The notes under the pieces were generated by a model, which made no database searches, was not told the origin of the DNA, and saw only the letters and a program-made list of their open reading frames with translations. Shown here one piece after another: positions 37,741 to 52,150 of a stretch of 64,000 nt of DNA. Within the stretch, counting starts at the first letter, position 1. Each line of letters opens with the position of its first letter. The stretch comes from Octopus sinensis. Lineage: Eukaryota. The stretch covers positions 177,072,001 through 177,136,000 of the forward strand of contig NC_042998.1 in the NCBI RefSeq assembly GCF_006345805.1, in the 5' to 3' direction. The translations under genes were made by a program, and so were the position numbers.

Positions 37741-38456
37741 TAACATGTAGTATACACACATACAAATATATGTATATGTACAATCATGCCTTCACAAAGT
37801 ATAAGGACACGAACTATGAAAACGTATACTTGCATACATATTTGCATAATACATACATACATACATACATACATACATCATACATACATACATACATACA
37901 TACATACACACACATACATATTTGCATACATACATACATACACATACATACATACATACATTCATTGAAGCAAACATGCATACAAACTCACATATTTACA
38001 TTTGTGCATGCATACCAACATGCATACATACTTACATACACGTGAACCAAATTGATGTCTAAAATGCAAAAATAGAGCCGTGTTTCTGGGTTGGAGACCA
38101 GCTCTTTAATGAAGTGAGATTTTATACGCAGGTATATACATGAACAAGATTTGCATCTTCTACACTTGTATGGTGTGTTGAGCACGAAGGAGCTAGGCTT
38201 TGTTCGCAATCCTGTAAAGAGGATATGACAACTAGCCATGATCTTCAGAAAGAAAAATTACGGTTGGCCCTTTGAACATTGGATGAAGTAAAACATTTTG
38301 ATGAGCTAGTAAAAGCCACTGAAACTAATGAAATACTTTATTTCCCAGAGAGACCTTTGTGGATTGAACTAAAAAGCTATATGCACAATAAGACTAACAC
38401 TATGTCGATATGTAATTATATTTTCAACTTATATATCCATATATGCTTATATAAAT

Positions 38457-38842
38457 ATGGAAGCACTCCGTCAGTTACGACGACGAGGGTTCCGGTTGAT
38501 CCGAATCAACGGAACAGCCTGCTCGTGAAATTAACGTGTACGTGGCTGAGCACTCCACAGACACGTGTACCCTTAGCGTAGTTCTCGGGGATATTCAGCG
38601 TGACACATAGAGTGACAAGGCCGGCCCTTTGAAATACAGGTACAACTGAAACAGGAAGTAAGAGTGAGAGAAAGTTGTGGTGAAAGAGTACAGCAGGGAT
38701 CACCACCATCCCCTGCCGGAGCCTCGTGGAGCTTTAGGGGTTTTCGCTCAATAAACACTCACAACGCCCGGTCTGGGAATCGAAACCGTGATCCTATGAC
38801 CGCGAGTCCGCTGCCCTAACCACTGGGCCATTGCGCCTCCAC
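38457..38842 (-). mobile_element. SINE family C
   Basis: Near identical to 21301-21685. Confidence 0.9.
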
Positions 38843-38949
38843 TATATAAATATATGCATACATATAATGACATGTTAAAAAACAAACATAAATGACATAG
38901 AAAGGAAAAAGTGTTTGCCGAAAATGGTATTAATTGAGGGGTTGAAGGG

Positions 38950-39758
38950 AGTGCATTAACGTTTCGGACGTTAGTCATGTATCAGAAGGAAAATAAACAC
39001 AGAACAAAACAGCGAGAGTGGTAGCGGGGTGAATTAGCAATAAAGAATAAAGAAACGGGAAAGTTGGTAGGGAAAGAAGATCGTGAAAAAGAACTTACGA
39101 GGAAGTACCAGGAAGAGAAAAGTTTTAAAAAGTCAAAGAAAAAGGGTTGATTATTTATAAAAGTGATAATTAGTAACAAAGTGATGATTAGTAAGCACTG
39201 GAAAAAGATATCCAATGTAATCCGAACGGTAATCCAAGGTAGTGTTCCGAAAGATATGTCAAAGTAAAAGTTCCGAGATCGAATCCAGGGGAAGTCTATG
39301 TGTCCTTCAAATTTGAGGATGAGTGTCTTCTCCTGTGCTCCGAAAGAATAGCAGGAACAGTGACTGCACAATGCTACAACCTTTATCACACGTCCCACAT
39401 GTTCTAAAGTGCGAGAAAACTACAGAAGTGGCAATATTCCGTCGTTTTAAATGATGTTGTGATCTGTCATCTTGATTACAATAACAATGATCTCTTCTGA
39501 AACCCCAAATCCATGAACTGAACTACAGAAGAGACATACTTAAAGTGGAGAATACAGTTGCTAGCATTTCTGTTTTACTCTGTGAAAGAAATAGATCCAG
39601 CGGTAATATTGACCCATAAATCTGGTACTGCTATCAAGTTGCTGGAGTCAGCTTGGAAACGTCTGTAAAGTTGACAGTCACAGCTTGTTCTTCTCTCAGA
39701 GCATACTTCCCTAATCTTTGTCTTCCTGGATTCACTCACAAGGCAGCAGGGTAGGATA
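38950..39758 (-). mobile_element. Degenerate Penelope-like 3' fragment with a hammerhead relic at 38955-38990
   Basis: QEKTLILKFEGHIDFPWI resembles the GIY-YIG C-terminus; ctt-CTGATACA..gtcc-GAAACGTT relic. Confidence 0.5.
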
Positions 39759-39880
39759 AGGCTGGGCAAAGCTGGGCAAAGCTGGGCAGAGCTGGGCAAA
39801 GCTGGGCAAAGCTGGGCAAAGCTGGGCAAAGCTGGGCAAAGCTGGGCAGAGCTGGGCAGAGCTAGGTAGAGCAGGGCAAA
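39759..39880. repeat. 10-bp GC-rich tandem repeat (GCTGGGCA[A/G]A) x12
   Basis: Direct reading. Confidence 0.95.
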
Positions 39881-40190
39881 TAGGTTGTCTAAATGCAGCT
39901 AAGGCACGCGATCATACTCCTTTCCACACAGTTATTCTCACAGGGGCTGCGAAAGTGATCCCAATATGGTAATACAGTGATTTCGTTCATTACCCTGAGT
40001 ATTTCTACGACCTTGTACACTTGCTATATTCTGGATCAATTCTTTATCTTGGCAGGCGTTCTTTTTCTCCTTCTGAGATTGTTGCAACGCATTCTCTCTC
40101 GCTAACGTTGTTGAGTGTCAGTTTACCGTCACCGAACAGATCATGCAACTGGTTGTTTTGAATTACACACATCGAGTAACACTCAAAGTG

Positions 40191-40263
<73 letters not shown>

Positions 40264-40389
40264 ACACACAACACACACACACATGCATATATACAGTTTA
40301 CATTTCTATTTCTATATGTACACACACACACGCACACACATATATATATATATATATATGTGTGTGAATATATATATGCATATGCACAC

Positions 40390-41078
40390 ATATATAATAT
40401 ATATATGCATGTATGGATGTCTGTATATATGTATGTATGGATGTCTGTATATATGTATTCTACGATATTCACACATATATAATATATATATGTATGTATG
40501 GATGTCTATGTATGTATTCTACAATATTCACACATATATAATATATATATGTATGTATGGATGTCTGTATGTATGGATGTCTGTATGTATGTATGTATTC
40601 TACGATATTCACACATATATAATATATATATTTATGTATGGATGTATGTATGGATGTCTGTAAGTATGTATTCTACGATATTCACACATATATAATATAT
40701 ATATTCATGTATGGATGTCTGTATGTATGTATGTATTCTACGATATTCACACATATATAATATATATATTTATGTATGGATGTATGTATGGATGTCTGTA
40801 TGTATGTATTCTACGATATTCACACATATATAATATATATATTTATGTATGGATGTATGTATGGATGTCTGTATGTATGTATTCTACGATATTCATACAT
40901 ATATAATATATATATTCATGTATGGATGTCTGTATGTATGTATTCTACGATATTCACACATATATAATATATATATTTATGTATGGATGTCTGTATATAT
41001 GTATTCTACGATATTCACACATATATAATATATATATTTATGTATGGATGTCTGTATGTATGTATGTATTCTACGATG
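40390..41078. repeat. ~55-70-bp minisatellite (tgtatggatgtctgtatgtatgtattctacgatattcacacatatataatatata), about 11 units
   Basis: ttctacgatattcacacat anchor recurs regularly. Confidence 0.9.
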
Positions 41079-41339
41079 CCACCCAATCTCTTATCTAAGG
41101 AATCTCTTAAAAATTATTGATCTCTTCGTCGATCATGTAACTAATTTGTTGTCGTTTAACTTCTTTGATCTTCTAATCTCCCTTTTCATTGATCCGTTGA
41201 TTTCTAACTACACGACGCGCAGATCCCTTAATCTTTCCCGTTCTATTGATCCTTCGATCCAGTAATTATTTCTCCTCCATACTAATCAACCACCTCAATG
41301 TTTGGGTCTCCGTCTCTTCACTTATCACCTCATTAAAAA

Positions 41340-42160
41340 CAACACCATACATATTCTCAGTTATTGTCTTGTCTCATCTATCTCCTACTTCACTTCCACT
41401 CACCTCTTCTTCCTCTCCTCCTATTCCTTCTCTCCTCGCCTCTTTATTCCGTCTTTTACTTCCACTCTCTTATCCTTTATTCTCTCTCTGTCTCTCTATT
41501 CCCTCTCATTTTTCTTCATTTCCCTTCCCTCTTCTTTCTAATCCCCTTCTGCACTTCCTTACCTCCTCCCTTCCTCTCTTTCCTCTCCTCTTTATCTTTC
41601 TCTCTCTCTGTCTCTCTTCCCTCTCATTTTTCTTCATTTCCCTTCCCTCTTCTTTCTAATCCCCTTCTGCACTTCCTTACCTCCTCCCTTCCTCTCTTTC
41701 CTTTCCTCTTTATCTTTCTCGTCTTTTTCTTCCTTCGTATTTCTCCTCCTATCTCTGTTCATATTTCTGTTTCTTCAGACTTTCTCTATATTTCTAGCTC
41801 TTGTTCTTTTTTCTCTCTTCCCTTTCCTTTTCTCTCCACCTCTTTCTCTTTACTTCCATCCCCACTCCCTTTCTGTCTGAGTTACCTTCTCTTCCTTACC
41901 TCAGTTCAATCCATATATATTAACTTTCTGCCCACCTCATTTTCTGGCCTCACATATCGATTACCTCCCCCTTCTTTATACCGTCCACCTCCGCTTTCTT
42001 TAGTTTTCGCCTCATACAACTTAATTCTCTTTTCTATCTTCTCATATCTCTTTCCCATCACTTATCTCTCTCTCCCTCTCTTCCTCTCTCCAACTCCCCC
42101 TCTCTCTCTTTTAGTCTCTCGATCAATTTATCTCTCGCTTTCTCATTCTCTATTTTCTCC
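41340..42160. repeat. Polypyrimidine (CT-rich) tract with a ~110-bp internal tandem duplication
   Basis: ccctctcatttttcttcatttcccttccc... occurs near 41501 and 41619. Confidence 0.85.
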
Positions 42161-42605
42161 CTCATTAATTCACATACACGAATGCGCACGCATAAACACA
42201 CACACGCACACATGCGCATACACATCTATACATCTATACGCACCCCGTCTCTTTCTCTTTGAGTCTCTCTTTATTAGTATCTCTCTTTGGCTTTCTCTAT
42301 TTTTCTCCGGCATCAATTTGCAACCATACACACTCTCTCTCCCACCTCTCTTTCCAATTTCCATTCAACCAAATACGTTTTCTATCTTATTATATCACCC
42401 TTACTCTCCCTTAATCTTTCTTTCTCTCATTCTCACTCTATTTCAACATGTCTTCTCCGTCCGAAAAGCACACACACTCCCACTCTCACACCCACGCTCA
42501 TTCCCACGCTCCGTCATGGAATTAAAGTCAACGTGTCATCAGATAAAACAGGCGTGTTAATGTTTATATCAGTAGATTTATTTTTAATAGATTATAATCA
42601 CAGGA

Positions 42606-42740
42606 GCAGTGGAGTGGCAGAAATATTAGAGTGCCGGATTAAATGCCTTGCGTTATATTTCGTTAAGTTCCTTTATGTTCAAAGTTTAAATCCGGCCAGA
42701 GTTGGCTTTACCTTTCATCTTCACGCAGATGTTAAAACGA
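42606..42740 (+). mobile_element. Old SINE family A-like head
   Basis: gcagtggagtggcagaaatattag...gttcaaagtttaaatcc...tttcatc. Confidence 0.5.
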
Positions 42741-42960
42741 GTGCCAGTAATGTAGTAACATCGCTTTAATTGACTCTACCCTTTGCCTACAACTGTGTGA
42801 CCCTATGCAACATTTAAAACTCAATAAATTATAACTGCAGATCTGATATGATGTGTTATTACATGATATGATATATACACTGTGATACGAAATATTCGTC
42901 AGCGTGAGTTTCGGGCAAAACGAAGAACAATTGCAGTACTGTATTTTTTTTTTTTGCCAG

Positions 42961-43058
42961 ACAGCCATAAATGTCAAGAGAAGTGCAGTAACGTTAACAA
43001 CTACTCTAGATTACATAGTCAAAATTCCGAACAGATCAGTATTGACGTATGTTAGAAG
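42961..43058 (+). other. Candidate 98-nt exon (unverified)
   Basis: Long poly-T then gccAG acceptor at 42960; AAG|GTAAAG donor at 43059; one open frame TAINVKRSAVTLTTTLDYIVKIPNRSVLTYVR. Confidence 0.3.
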
Positions 43059-44711
43059 GTAAAGATTGTAACTCGAGAATTTTTACAAGCTCTGATAACT
43101 CAGACACAATTGTCTTTTAGTTCTTATACGATTGAGGCTTTTTGCTATTCATGTAATAGTCACTGCCATGTTCACAAACACCTTTCAGCATTACGATGGT
43201 GAACAATCTGTAAAATCTCGAGTTCTCGCATGTGAAAGAAACAGTTATAAAAGATGCTTTCAGTGATGCCGTCTATTCACTTCATGCTGCTTCGAAACGG
43301 TGTAGAAACCATTTTTTACATAAATTCCATACAACGTGGACCTTCACCCATATATTTTGTTGCATGTTGCACAGTTACTTCGGATTTCACTAGATAAATC
43401 ATTTCTAAATAACACTGTCATGAACAACATTAGCTGATGGTATTGGTTATGATAATTGATATTATCATAATTGATATCACCAAATTTAATTGTGAGATCG
43501 TAGTTAATGTTTTTATTCACGCGTCCATACTATGAATATATTATAACTATTGGGGGTTGTTGTATTGTTTTCGATTGTGATAGTCTCCCTTTGCTAGCAT
43601 ACAAAAGGCGTTGAGATTTCACTCCAATATATTTTATTTTAGCTGAGTTTCAGAGTGTTTATATGTACGTAATATACCTTAATATACTATTAAGGGTTCT
43701 AAGGAACATTTATGGCCAACTAAATACAGATGATACATATTCAGTAAGGCGTAGTCATATCTATGGTAAGACAAATATATTCTTATAAAGATTGCTCATA
43801 TATAGCAACAATAGAATGCATTGATTTGGAGTTCTTGTTTGCTAGTACGCTGTCCTGGTTTCAACGTTGTACAGAAAATAGACCATTAAGAACTGGATCT
43901 GGAGGTGCATGGCTAAACCTTAATTTTCTGACATGCGAAGACATAACTCTCAAAAATAACAGAAATATTTAGAATGTTGTATTTCACCATCTCCATGCCT
44001 TATAAAATCATGTGTATGTAATTGCCGCTCTATATGACGTTATCATCAGTAGACATAGCGCTGCTCTTTGTTTCAACTGTGTGACCATTCCATTCAGTTT
44101 TCTCCAGATGTAATGTATTTGGGACTATATACTTTTAATTTTAAGATGGTTAAACATTATTTGTAGAATACAAGGCTGCTATGCCTATCAAGTCGATTAA
44201 CCACGAAGATAATGTTCAGTTGCCTCGCTTGATTTGGTGTTGTCGTTCTCTATGATGCCAGATAAATCAGGTGTATCCTGCATTAGAATACCAGCCATAG
44301 GCAAATACCAGTCTTATGAATATTCAGAAATCTGTGCAATTCTATGCAAGCTGAGATGAATGTTGTGCACTGTTCACGAAATTCCTACGCACTTAGATTA
44401 GTTCCTCATGAAACATTTTCTAATATGTTTTTCTACATATCTGATGGAAAGACCAAACACGCCTTTGTCACTGTAGGCATGAGAAGAGTGAGAAAACATT
44501 ATATAACAACAATTGAGAAAGACATGGCAAAACACTGAGGAATTGTGCACAGTTTTGTTTATAAAGTAATGATTAATTATTAAAATAAATTTTGTTAAGC
44601 GGTTACACATTCCAAACAACAAAGAACAGCAATAATGTATTTGCGATTGTTTTGGTCTTGCAAATATAACGTTAGTGCAGGAAAACAAAATATATGTTGT
44701 ACGCACTTGGT

Positions 44712-45193
<482 letters not shown>

Positions 45194-45261
45194 TGGTTCA
45201 GTTGCTCCAACGCTTTTTCGTTGTGCTATTCGTGGTGCTATTTGATACATCCAGATAAGTC

Positions 45262-45470
45262 GGCGAGCTGGCAGAATCGTTACTGACCAAACAAAAATGC
45301 TTAGTAGCATTTCTTCTTGTTCTTTACGTTCCGAGTTTAAATTTAGCCAAAGTCCTTTTGCCTTTCATCATTTCGGAGTCGATAAAATAAGTATAAGTTG
45401 AGCATTGTGGTCGATGTAATTCACTTCTCTCCCACTAAAAACGGCAGGTTTTGTTCCAAAATCAGGAAAG
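45262..45470 (+). mobile_element. Old SINE family A variant
   Basis: ggcgagctggcagaatcgtta...ttacgttccgagtttaaatt...gtcgataaaataagta. Confidence 0.7.
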
Positions 45471-46099
45471 ATTTTATATATCAGGATTCGCTATTCACTT
45501 CTTTTATAGATTGATGATGGTTTTTTTTTACCCCCGATTTATATTCTTCACAAAACTTGAAAAGATACGTTAATTTATTCAGTATTTGTTCAATGTTCTG
45601 ATATTCTTAATTCAAGTGTGTTTCACTATTTGTAGTCATCTGTACAGTTTTGAAATTTAAACTCAAGGAGATATATATATATATATATATATCTGTATGA
45701 CTATGATTGTATTTCTATTTCCATAGCTTGACTGTGACTATAAATAACACTTTTGAACTGAACATTATTCTCAATTTTTCTGATCTTCCTAACTACACAA
45801 ATATAATTCTCCTCATATTTAAATTTCAAAACTACGTAGAAATACATATACGAGTGGAACATCAAAACGTCGAATAAATACAAAATAACACATTCCATTT
45901 TATGTTTATTTGCAAATTTATTTTTCAAATTTTGTAAAGAAAGTACATGGTTAAGATAAAAAAAATCTGTAAGAGAAGTGAATAATAAACCCAGATGCAT
46001 TGAAGAAAAGATTTTAGTTTCGTTATTGTGAAATATGTGTGAAATATTGAAATATTGACGGTTATCTAACAAATCAAGCACTTAGTTTTATATACAATA

Positions 46100-46310
46100 G
46101 AACTGCTTTTCACCGTGGGTTAGAATAATAGTTCAACCTCAACAAGTAAGACATCTCAGTACTGGACAAATACCCGTGTACACTTGGACTAATGGTTTTT
46201 TTATTGTATATATCATGTGACAAAACCACAGACAAAATATAGAAAATAAAAAATATATATTTATTGAAAAATACAAGCCGAGACTCAACAAATTACGACA
46301 AAATATCCAA
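46100..46310 (+). mobile_element. Degenerate Penelope-like GIY-YIG C-terminal relic
   Basis: KYIFIEKYKPRLN resembles TLFITKYRPLLN at 24470-24505. Confidence 0.4.
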
Positions 46311-46748
46311 AAGAAACATTCATCAACACACCAAATTCTAAATTCGCTACTCAATTTTAAAACAATAATGCCTAAAAAAACACTGAAAATTATACATTCA
46401 CCAGCAATTGTAAAGAAGTTTTTCACTAATTAAGTTAATAGTATATCTTGCCTAATTAACCAATCAAAATTAGGAAATTAGGAACGGCTGTTATAAGGCG
46501 CCAAATTACAAATTTACTCTTCTCTATTTTTGTACATGCTATTAAATGAAGTGAATGATTCCAAACTGCATTAAATTATAAAATTCATGAAGATGTGAAA
46601 CTAGTTATGTTAATGGAAATACATCTTTTAAAAGAGTCCAAGTGCTTTTTCTAAATGCATTTCTTTAGATTACTGCTCATGGAGAATAAATAATTTTCTT
46701 CCGCACGCATGTGTGTGCGTGCGTGCGTGTATGTGTGAATGCAAATTA

Positions 46749-47313
46749 TTGGGTTGTCCGGAAAGTTCGTGCCGATTTATAATAGTTTACCTTTAGACTT
46801 AATTTAGAACATGGTTGAGTTCGTAAAATAGGATTTGACTACACCTCATTTAGAGCACAGTTTAAGCTATCTTTTCGTGGAAGAAGCTTTATATTTCTAT
46901 AATCTGTGTTAATTTTGTAACCCTTTAAAATGGAAGATAAGAAAGTTCATTTTCGGCACTTGATGCTTTGGGAACCAGACAAAAATTGCAGCAGCTCGGC
47001 TGGGATGTGTTACCTCACCCTCCATATTCACCAGACATTGCTCCTTCGGATTTCCACTTATTCAGGTTTCTGCAGAATAGTCTTAATGGTAAAAATTTCA
47101 ATTCCCTGGATGACGTAAAAAGATACCTTGATGAATTCTTTGCCATGAAACCACCTCAATTCTGAGAAGAGGGCATTTTCAAGTTAAAGGAAAGATAGAG
47201 ACGCATTGTGCAACAAAATGGTTCATATCTGGTTGATTAAAAATGTAATGGCAAGTATTTATTGAACATTTCCTTTCATTTAAAAATCGGCACGAACTTT
47301 CCGGACAACCCAT
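46749..47313 (+). mobile_element. Internally deleted mariner (565 bp)
   Basis: TA-flanked TIR TTGGGTTGTCCGGAAAGTTCGTGCCGAT; MEDKKVHFRHLMLW joined to LGWDVLPHPPYSPDIAPSDFHLF. Confidence 0.92.
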
Positions 47314-47399
47314 TAATATATTCTTGCGATTTCAGCTTATATAGTACACCTTGAATTGATGTAGTTATATGTAATTGAATACCTTTTTAGCTCTTAACT

Positions 47400-47870
47400 T
47401 CACTGTGTGGCTAGATAGTCGCTTTGCAACCATGTGGTTTCGGGTTCAGTCCCACTGCAGGGCATCTTTGGCAAGTATGCTATGGCTTTCGGATGACCAA
47501 TGTTTTGTGAGTGAATTTGGTAGAGGGAAATTGTGTAGAGAGCCGTTTATATGTATCTGTGTGTGTGTATGTATGTATATGTGGCTGTACATATGAACGT
47601 GTGAATGTGTGTGTGTATGTGTGCGTATGTGGCTGTAAATGTGAGCGTGTGAATGTGTGTGTGTCTGTATGCGTGAGTGTGAGAGTGAGTGTGGGTTTGT
47701 GTAGTAGTGTTTGTCCCCTTCCCTTCGCTTGACAACCGCTGTTGGTTTGGTTACGTCCCATAACCTTGCGGTTAGGCATAAGAGAACGATAGAATAAATG
47801 CCCATCTTTCAAAATATCTACTGTGGTTGATTTGTTCTACAAGCCCTTCCTAGATGGTGCCCCAATGACT
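47400..47870 (+). mobile_element. SINE family B (old)
   Basis: Diverged match to family B. Confidence 0.7.
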
Positions 47871-48234
47871 GAAAGAAAAGTTTTAAAAAATGAATGATGT
47901 GTGTGCGCGTGGCATAAAAATAACTTGAAAAAGTGCTAATCCCCAATAGCTACTTTAAGAAACATGTAAACATTTTTTACTCAACTGTTACAACCTAAAC
48001 AAGCTGCAAGTGACTAAAAATATCCTAAACACTATAAAGAAGTGTCATTCAAATCGTTACGTTCTTTTTCAAAAGAAAATTCCTTCTTCTTATTCTTCTT
48101 CTTCTTCTTCCTCCTCCACCTCCTCCTCCTCCTCCACTTCTTCCCCCCACCACCCCTCTCCCCGTATGTATATATATATTTATGTACGTGTGAATTAAAT
48201 AGGTAAATGGATAAACTATAGATAGATAGATATA

Positions 48235-48548
48235 TAGGCGCAGGAGTGACTGTGTGGTAAGTAGCTTGCTTACTAACCACATGGTTCCGGGTTCAGTCCT
48301 ACTGCGTGGCACCTTGGGCAAGTGTCTTCTACTATAGCTTCGGGCCGACCAAAGCCTTTCTGAGTGGATTTGGTCGACGGAAACTGAAAGAAACCCGACG
48401 TATATATGTATATATATATGTGTGTGTGTGTGTATGTTTGTGTGTCTGTGTTTGTGCCCCTAGCATTGCTTGACAACCGATGCTGGTGTGTTTATGTCCC
48501 TACCAATTAGTAGTTCGGCAAAAGAGACCGATAGAATAAGTACTAGCA
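48235..48548 (+). mobile_element. SINE family B (3'-truncated)
   Basis: taggcgcaggagtg... head; body match. Confidence 0.85.
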
Positions 48549-48631
48549 AATAATGTTCAGGACCTAATAATGTGTAAGAGACCACTTACTCTCGCTGCTG
48601 CTTTTTCTCTGGTGTTACTAATGCAGTATAT

Positions 48632-48928
48632 GTGAAGGCACGTGGCTTAGTGGATAGGGCATTCGGCTCACCATCGTAAGGTCGTTAGTTCGATTCCCGG
48701 CGATGCGTTGTGTCCTTGAGCAAGACACTTTATTTCACGTTGCTCCAGTCCACTCAGCTGGCAAAAATGAGTTGTACCTGTATTTCAAAGAGCTGGCCTC
48801 GTCACACTCTGTGTCACGCTGAATCTCCCTGAGAACTACGTTAGGAGTACATGTGTCTGTGGATTGCTCAGTCACTTGCACGTTAATTTCACGAGCAGTC
48901 TGTTCCGCTGATCGTATCCGACGGACCT
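48632..48928 (+). mobile_element. SINE family D: tRNA head, CORE/V-like body, family C tail
   Basis: gtgtccttgagcaagacactt body; the tail from ttgtacctgtatttcaaag matches 21301-21490 in reverse. Confidence 0.8.
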
Positions 48929-49064
48929 ATATGAATTAGCATGTGAAACTGGAAGTTGCCACCTTCATGATAATTTTATTAAAAATCTGTTATAACAATG
49001 TCGTCAAATATGATCTGGAAATATAAAATATATAAAAATATAACAAAAATCAAAACACCAATCT

Positions 49065-49290
49065 TTATAATACCGGTCTGAAATGTTGGCATATGGCCAG
49101 CAATTTGAGGGGAAGGGAGAAGATGATTACATCGACTCCAGTGTCCTACTGGAGCTTATATTATCGACCCTGAAAGAATGAAAGACAAAGCCAACGCCGG
49201 TGGCATTTGAACTCAGAACGTAAAGACGAGAAAAATGCCGCTAAGCATTCTGTCCGATGCTGTAACAGTTTTGCCAGTTCGCCGCCTTCC
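49065..49290 (-). mobile_element. Older SINE family A variant
   Basis: Matches the 2712-2910 type. Confidence 0.75.
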
Positions 49291-49855
49291 CAATCGTTAT
49301 AATATTGGCACATCTAGAAGATTACAAAGTCATTAGGTTGTTCAATAGAATGACTCGTGGTATTTTTTCGGACAATTTGAATGTTGTGAGTTCAAACACT
49401 ACCGAACTCAGCTTTGACATTTATTCTTTCGGGGTCGATAAAAATAATAGTAGTAGTCCACGTTGGTGGGTTGGTGGGGAATTGTAAGAATGTTGGAAGT
49501 GATGCCTTGCGGTATATCTTCCGGCCCAGTGCTTTCAAAGTTCAAATCCCACCCTTCACTGAAAAATGGTGACATTTCCATCAGAACTTGTAACCAACAG
49601 ATAAGTATCACCAGTTTGAAAAAATAATGGAAACATGGTTTCCTTGGTTCGATCGCCAACAGATCGGCTGCGATCACTACCACCACAAAATAACATTTTA
49701 CTACATAGGGCGCGAGGGAAATAACAGCCAATTCTTGGGATACATCCTGCTGCTTTAATATGGTAATGACATTTATGTGGCCAAGTTTTTCACAGTTTGA
49801 GTAAATTTTATCATCATTCATGCACAAGGGAGACTGTGTCAGGGTTAAAAGTCAA

Positions 49856-50008
49856 CCAATCAGCCAGCCAGCCAGCCAACCATCCGATCTACTTACCAAT
49901 TACCAACATCCAGTCAAACTACAAACAAACCAACCAACCAACCAACCAACCAACCAAACCAATCAAACCAAACAACCAACCAACCAGCCAACCAACCAAT
50001 CAACCAAC
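49856..50008. repeat. (CCAG)n/(CCAA)n tract
   Basis: Direct reading. Confidence 0.9.
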
Positions 50009-50384
50009 CATGCCTCACTAATTTCCAACCAATCACAATGAAGTGCTTGTATTTAAGTCAATCAATTAAAACCCTGCCAGAGAGCTACCCTTTGGATCCA
50101 CTTCTACATTCATTTACTCACTCAGTAACACACTAATTATAACTTCATTTTTACACTTCTACTCTGTATAGAGATGATTGTATGATCAGTCGATCGATTT
50201 GTTAATATTTCTTTTTCCTTTTTTTTTTAAAGACATCTGTTTATATCTGCTTCATACATAAGTCACGTACCCTAGTAGAGAAGATGAACGTCTGAACACT
50301 ATATTAGCTAACAACTTTTTTCTGCCGTTTGACCAAACATGGATGTGTTATATATAGTTGAAATTTACAGAAAAACAAAAGACC

Positions 50385-50495
50385 AAGACAGGTGTATGAA
50401 CAACAAGCAGGTGTATTAGTTTGACGCTCGAGAAAGGGAAACAGTCTTTTACATTTCGAGCCTACGGTCTGCAACAGAAAGGAATAAGAGAAAAT
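50385..50495 (-). mobile_element. Penelope-type terminal fragment with degenerate hammerhead
   Basis: cttt-CTGTTGC-A-gacc gtag gctc-GAAATGT-A-aaag; similar layout to 25380-25520. Confidence 0.4.
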
Positions 50496-50824
50496 AAACA
50501 GAGAGAATATATATTAAAAAACACTTGTGGATTTAGCGATCAAACATGGTGGCTTATTGGGAAAAAATGGTTTGACAAGAAAGGTAGAAAGAAAGGGAGA
50601 TGATAAAGTATTGGTTATCTCAACACGAAGGTTTGCGTGCGAGTGTGTGAGAATGGTTAAGTGTGTGTGTGGATAGGAGATAGAGATTTTGACGAGTGGA
50701 TGTGTGCGTATGTAAGTGTGTGCGTCAGCAATGTTTGGGTGTGTGGATGAGATAAAGTATTGGTGATCCCAAAACGTAGGTGCGCGTGCGTGTTATATAT
50801 ATATATACTGCTATGTTAACCCTT

Positions 50825-51295
50825 GGGTTAAAATAGCAATATCGTCTTATCTTAGAGAACATCCACGTTAAAGTAATCACAATACTTTTGGGTTCGTATA
50901 CTGCTTCTATCTCGAACAGATTTTCTAACGGACTAGTTTTTCTAGTTACAAAATCAGTAATTGTATAACACTAATTTTTTATGCATTGCAAGCAAGTTTG
51001 AACTACTGCCATGCCTAGCAAACGAGTACCTACACCGAAGAGATCCAATAAGATCGAAGCCATGTGGTCTGATGGTCTCGAAGCTAGGGTAGCAGGAGTT
51101 ATCTCCTGCTTGCAATAAATATCGGGTGCGAAAGCGCACTAAATTAACCAGCTGGAAAATATGTCTTCCTGGGGTTAAAATAGCAATATTATCTTCTCTT
51201 AAAGAACATCTGCGTTAAAGTGGCGGTAAACACAACTGTTTGGTTCGTATACTGCCTCTATTTCGAATAGAGATTCTCTAACGGACTAGTTTCCT
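50825..51295 (+). repeat. Pair of ~120-bp diverged direct repeats (50825-50940; 51172-51295)
   Basis: gggttaaaatagcaatat...ttcgtatactgc...ctaacggactagttt occurs twice. Confidence 0.75.
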
Positions 51296-51916
51296 AGAAA
51301 AAAAAAAGAAAAGAAAGAAAACGTAAAAGGAAAATAGAAATGGAGAGAAACAAGAAGAAATAGGAAGCGAAAGAGAGAGAAACCTGGAAATGAAAGACGA
51401 AGATAGGAAAGAATTTGGTGACCGTTGTTTCTAATGGAATTTGGTCACCTCTCTCACATAATCGTAGTAGACTACCAGGGACAAACAGTATCACCATAGG
51501 GTATTGAAATTTGATGTTCGCCACTTTCTGCAGTGGTCAGCTTATAGTTAAATTCTACGTTATTTAGTTCATTGCTAGTATGGTTACTACTACATTTGTT
51601 AGGGATGTGTTTATCTGAGACAGCAAGATTTCTCTAGTTATCCAAACTGAGAAGCAATGGAATTTGTATAGGACGTTTCAACTAGAATGAAAGTAAAAAT
51701 AAAAACAAAGATAGAATGGAGACACACAGAAATGGATTATAAGTTAAGAAGATTAAACTGCAATACCATAAGGTAAAATAGAAGGATAAATAAAAGATAA
51801 ATATATAACGATAATAATAATAACAATATGGTAAAGTAGAAATACCAAACCAAAACTCAAATAAGCCATGGTAAATATAAATAAGACGCGGTGAACAATC
51901 TCCCTCTCTCTCCCTC

Positions 51917-52150
<234 letters not shown>

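Noticed and set aside
41364-42560. 398-aa L/S/F/P-rich ORF
   Set aside because: CT-rich low-complexity tract with no domain-like sequence.
50815-50830. ttaacccttgggttaa palindrome as a piggyBac footprint
   Set aside because: Too short; no supporting element.
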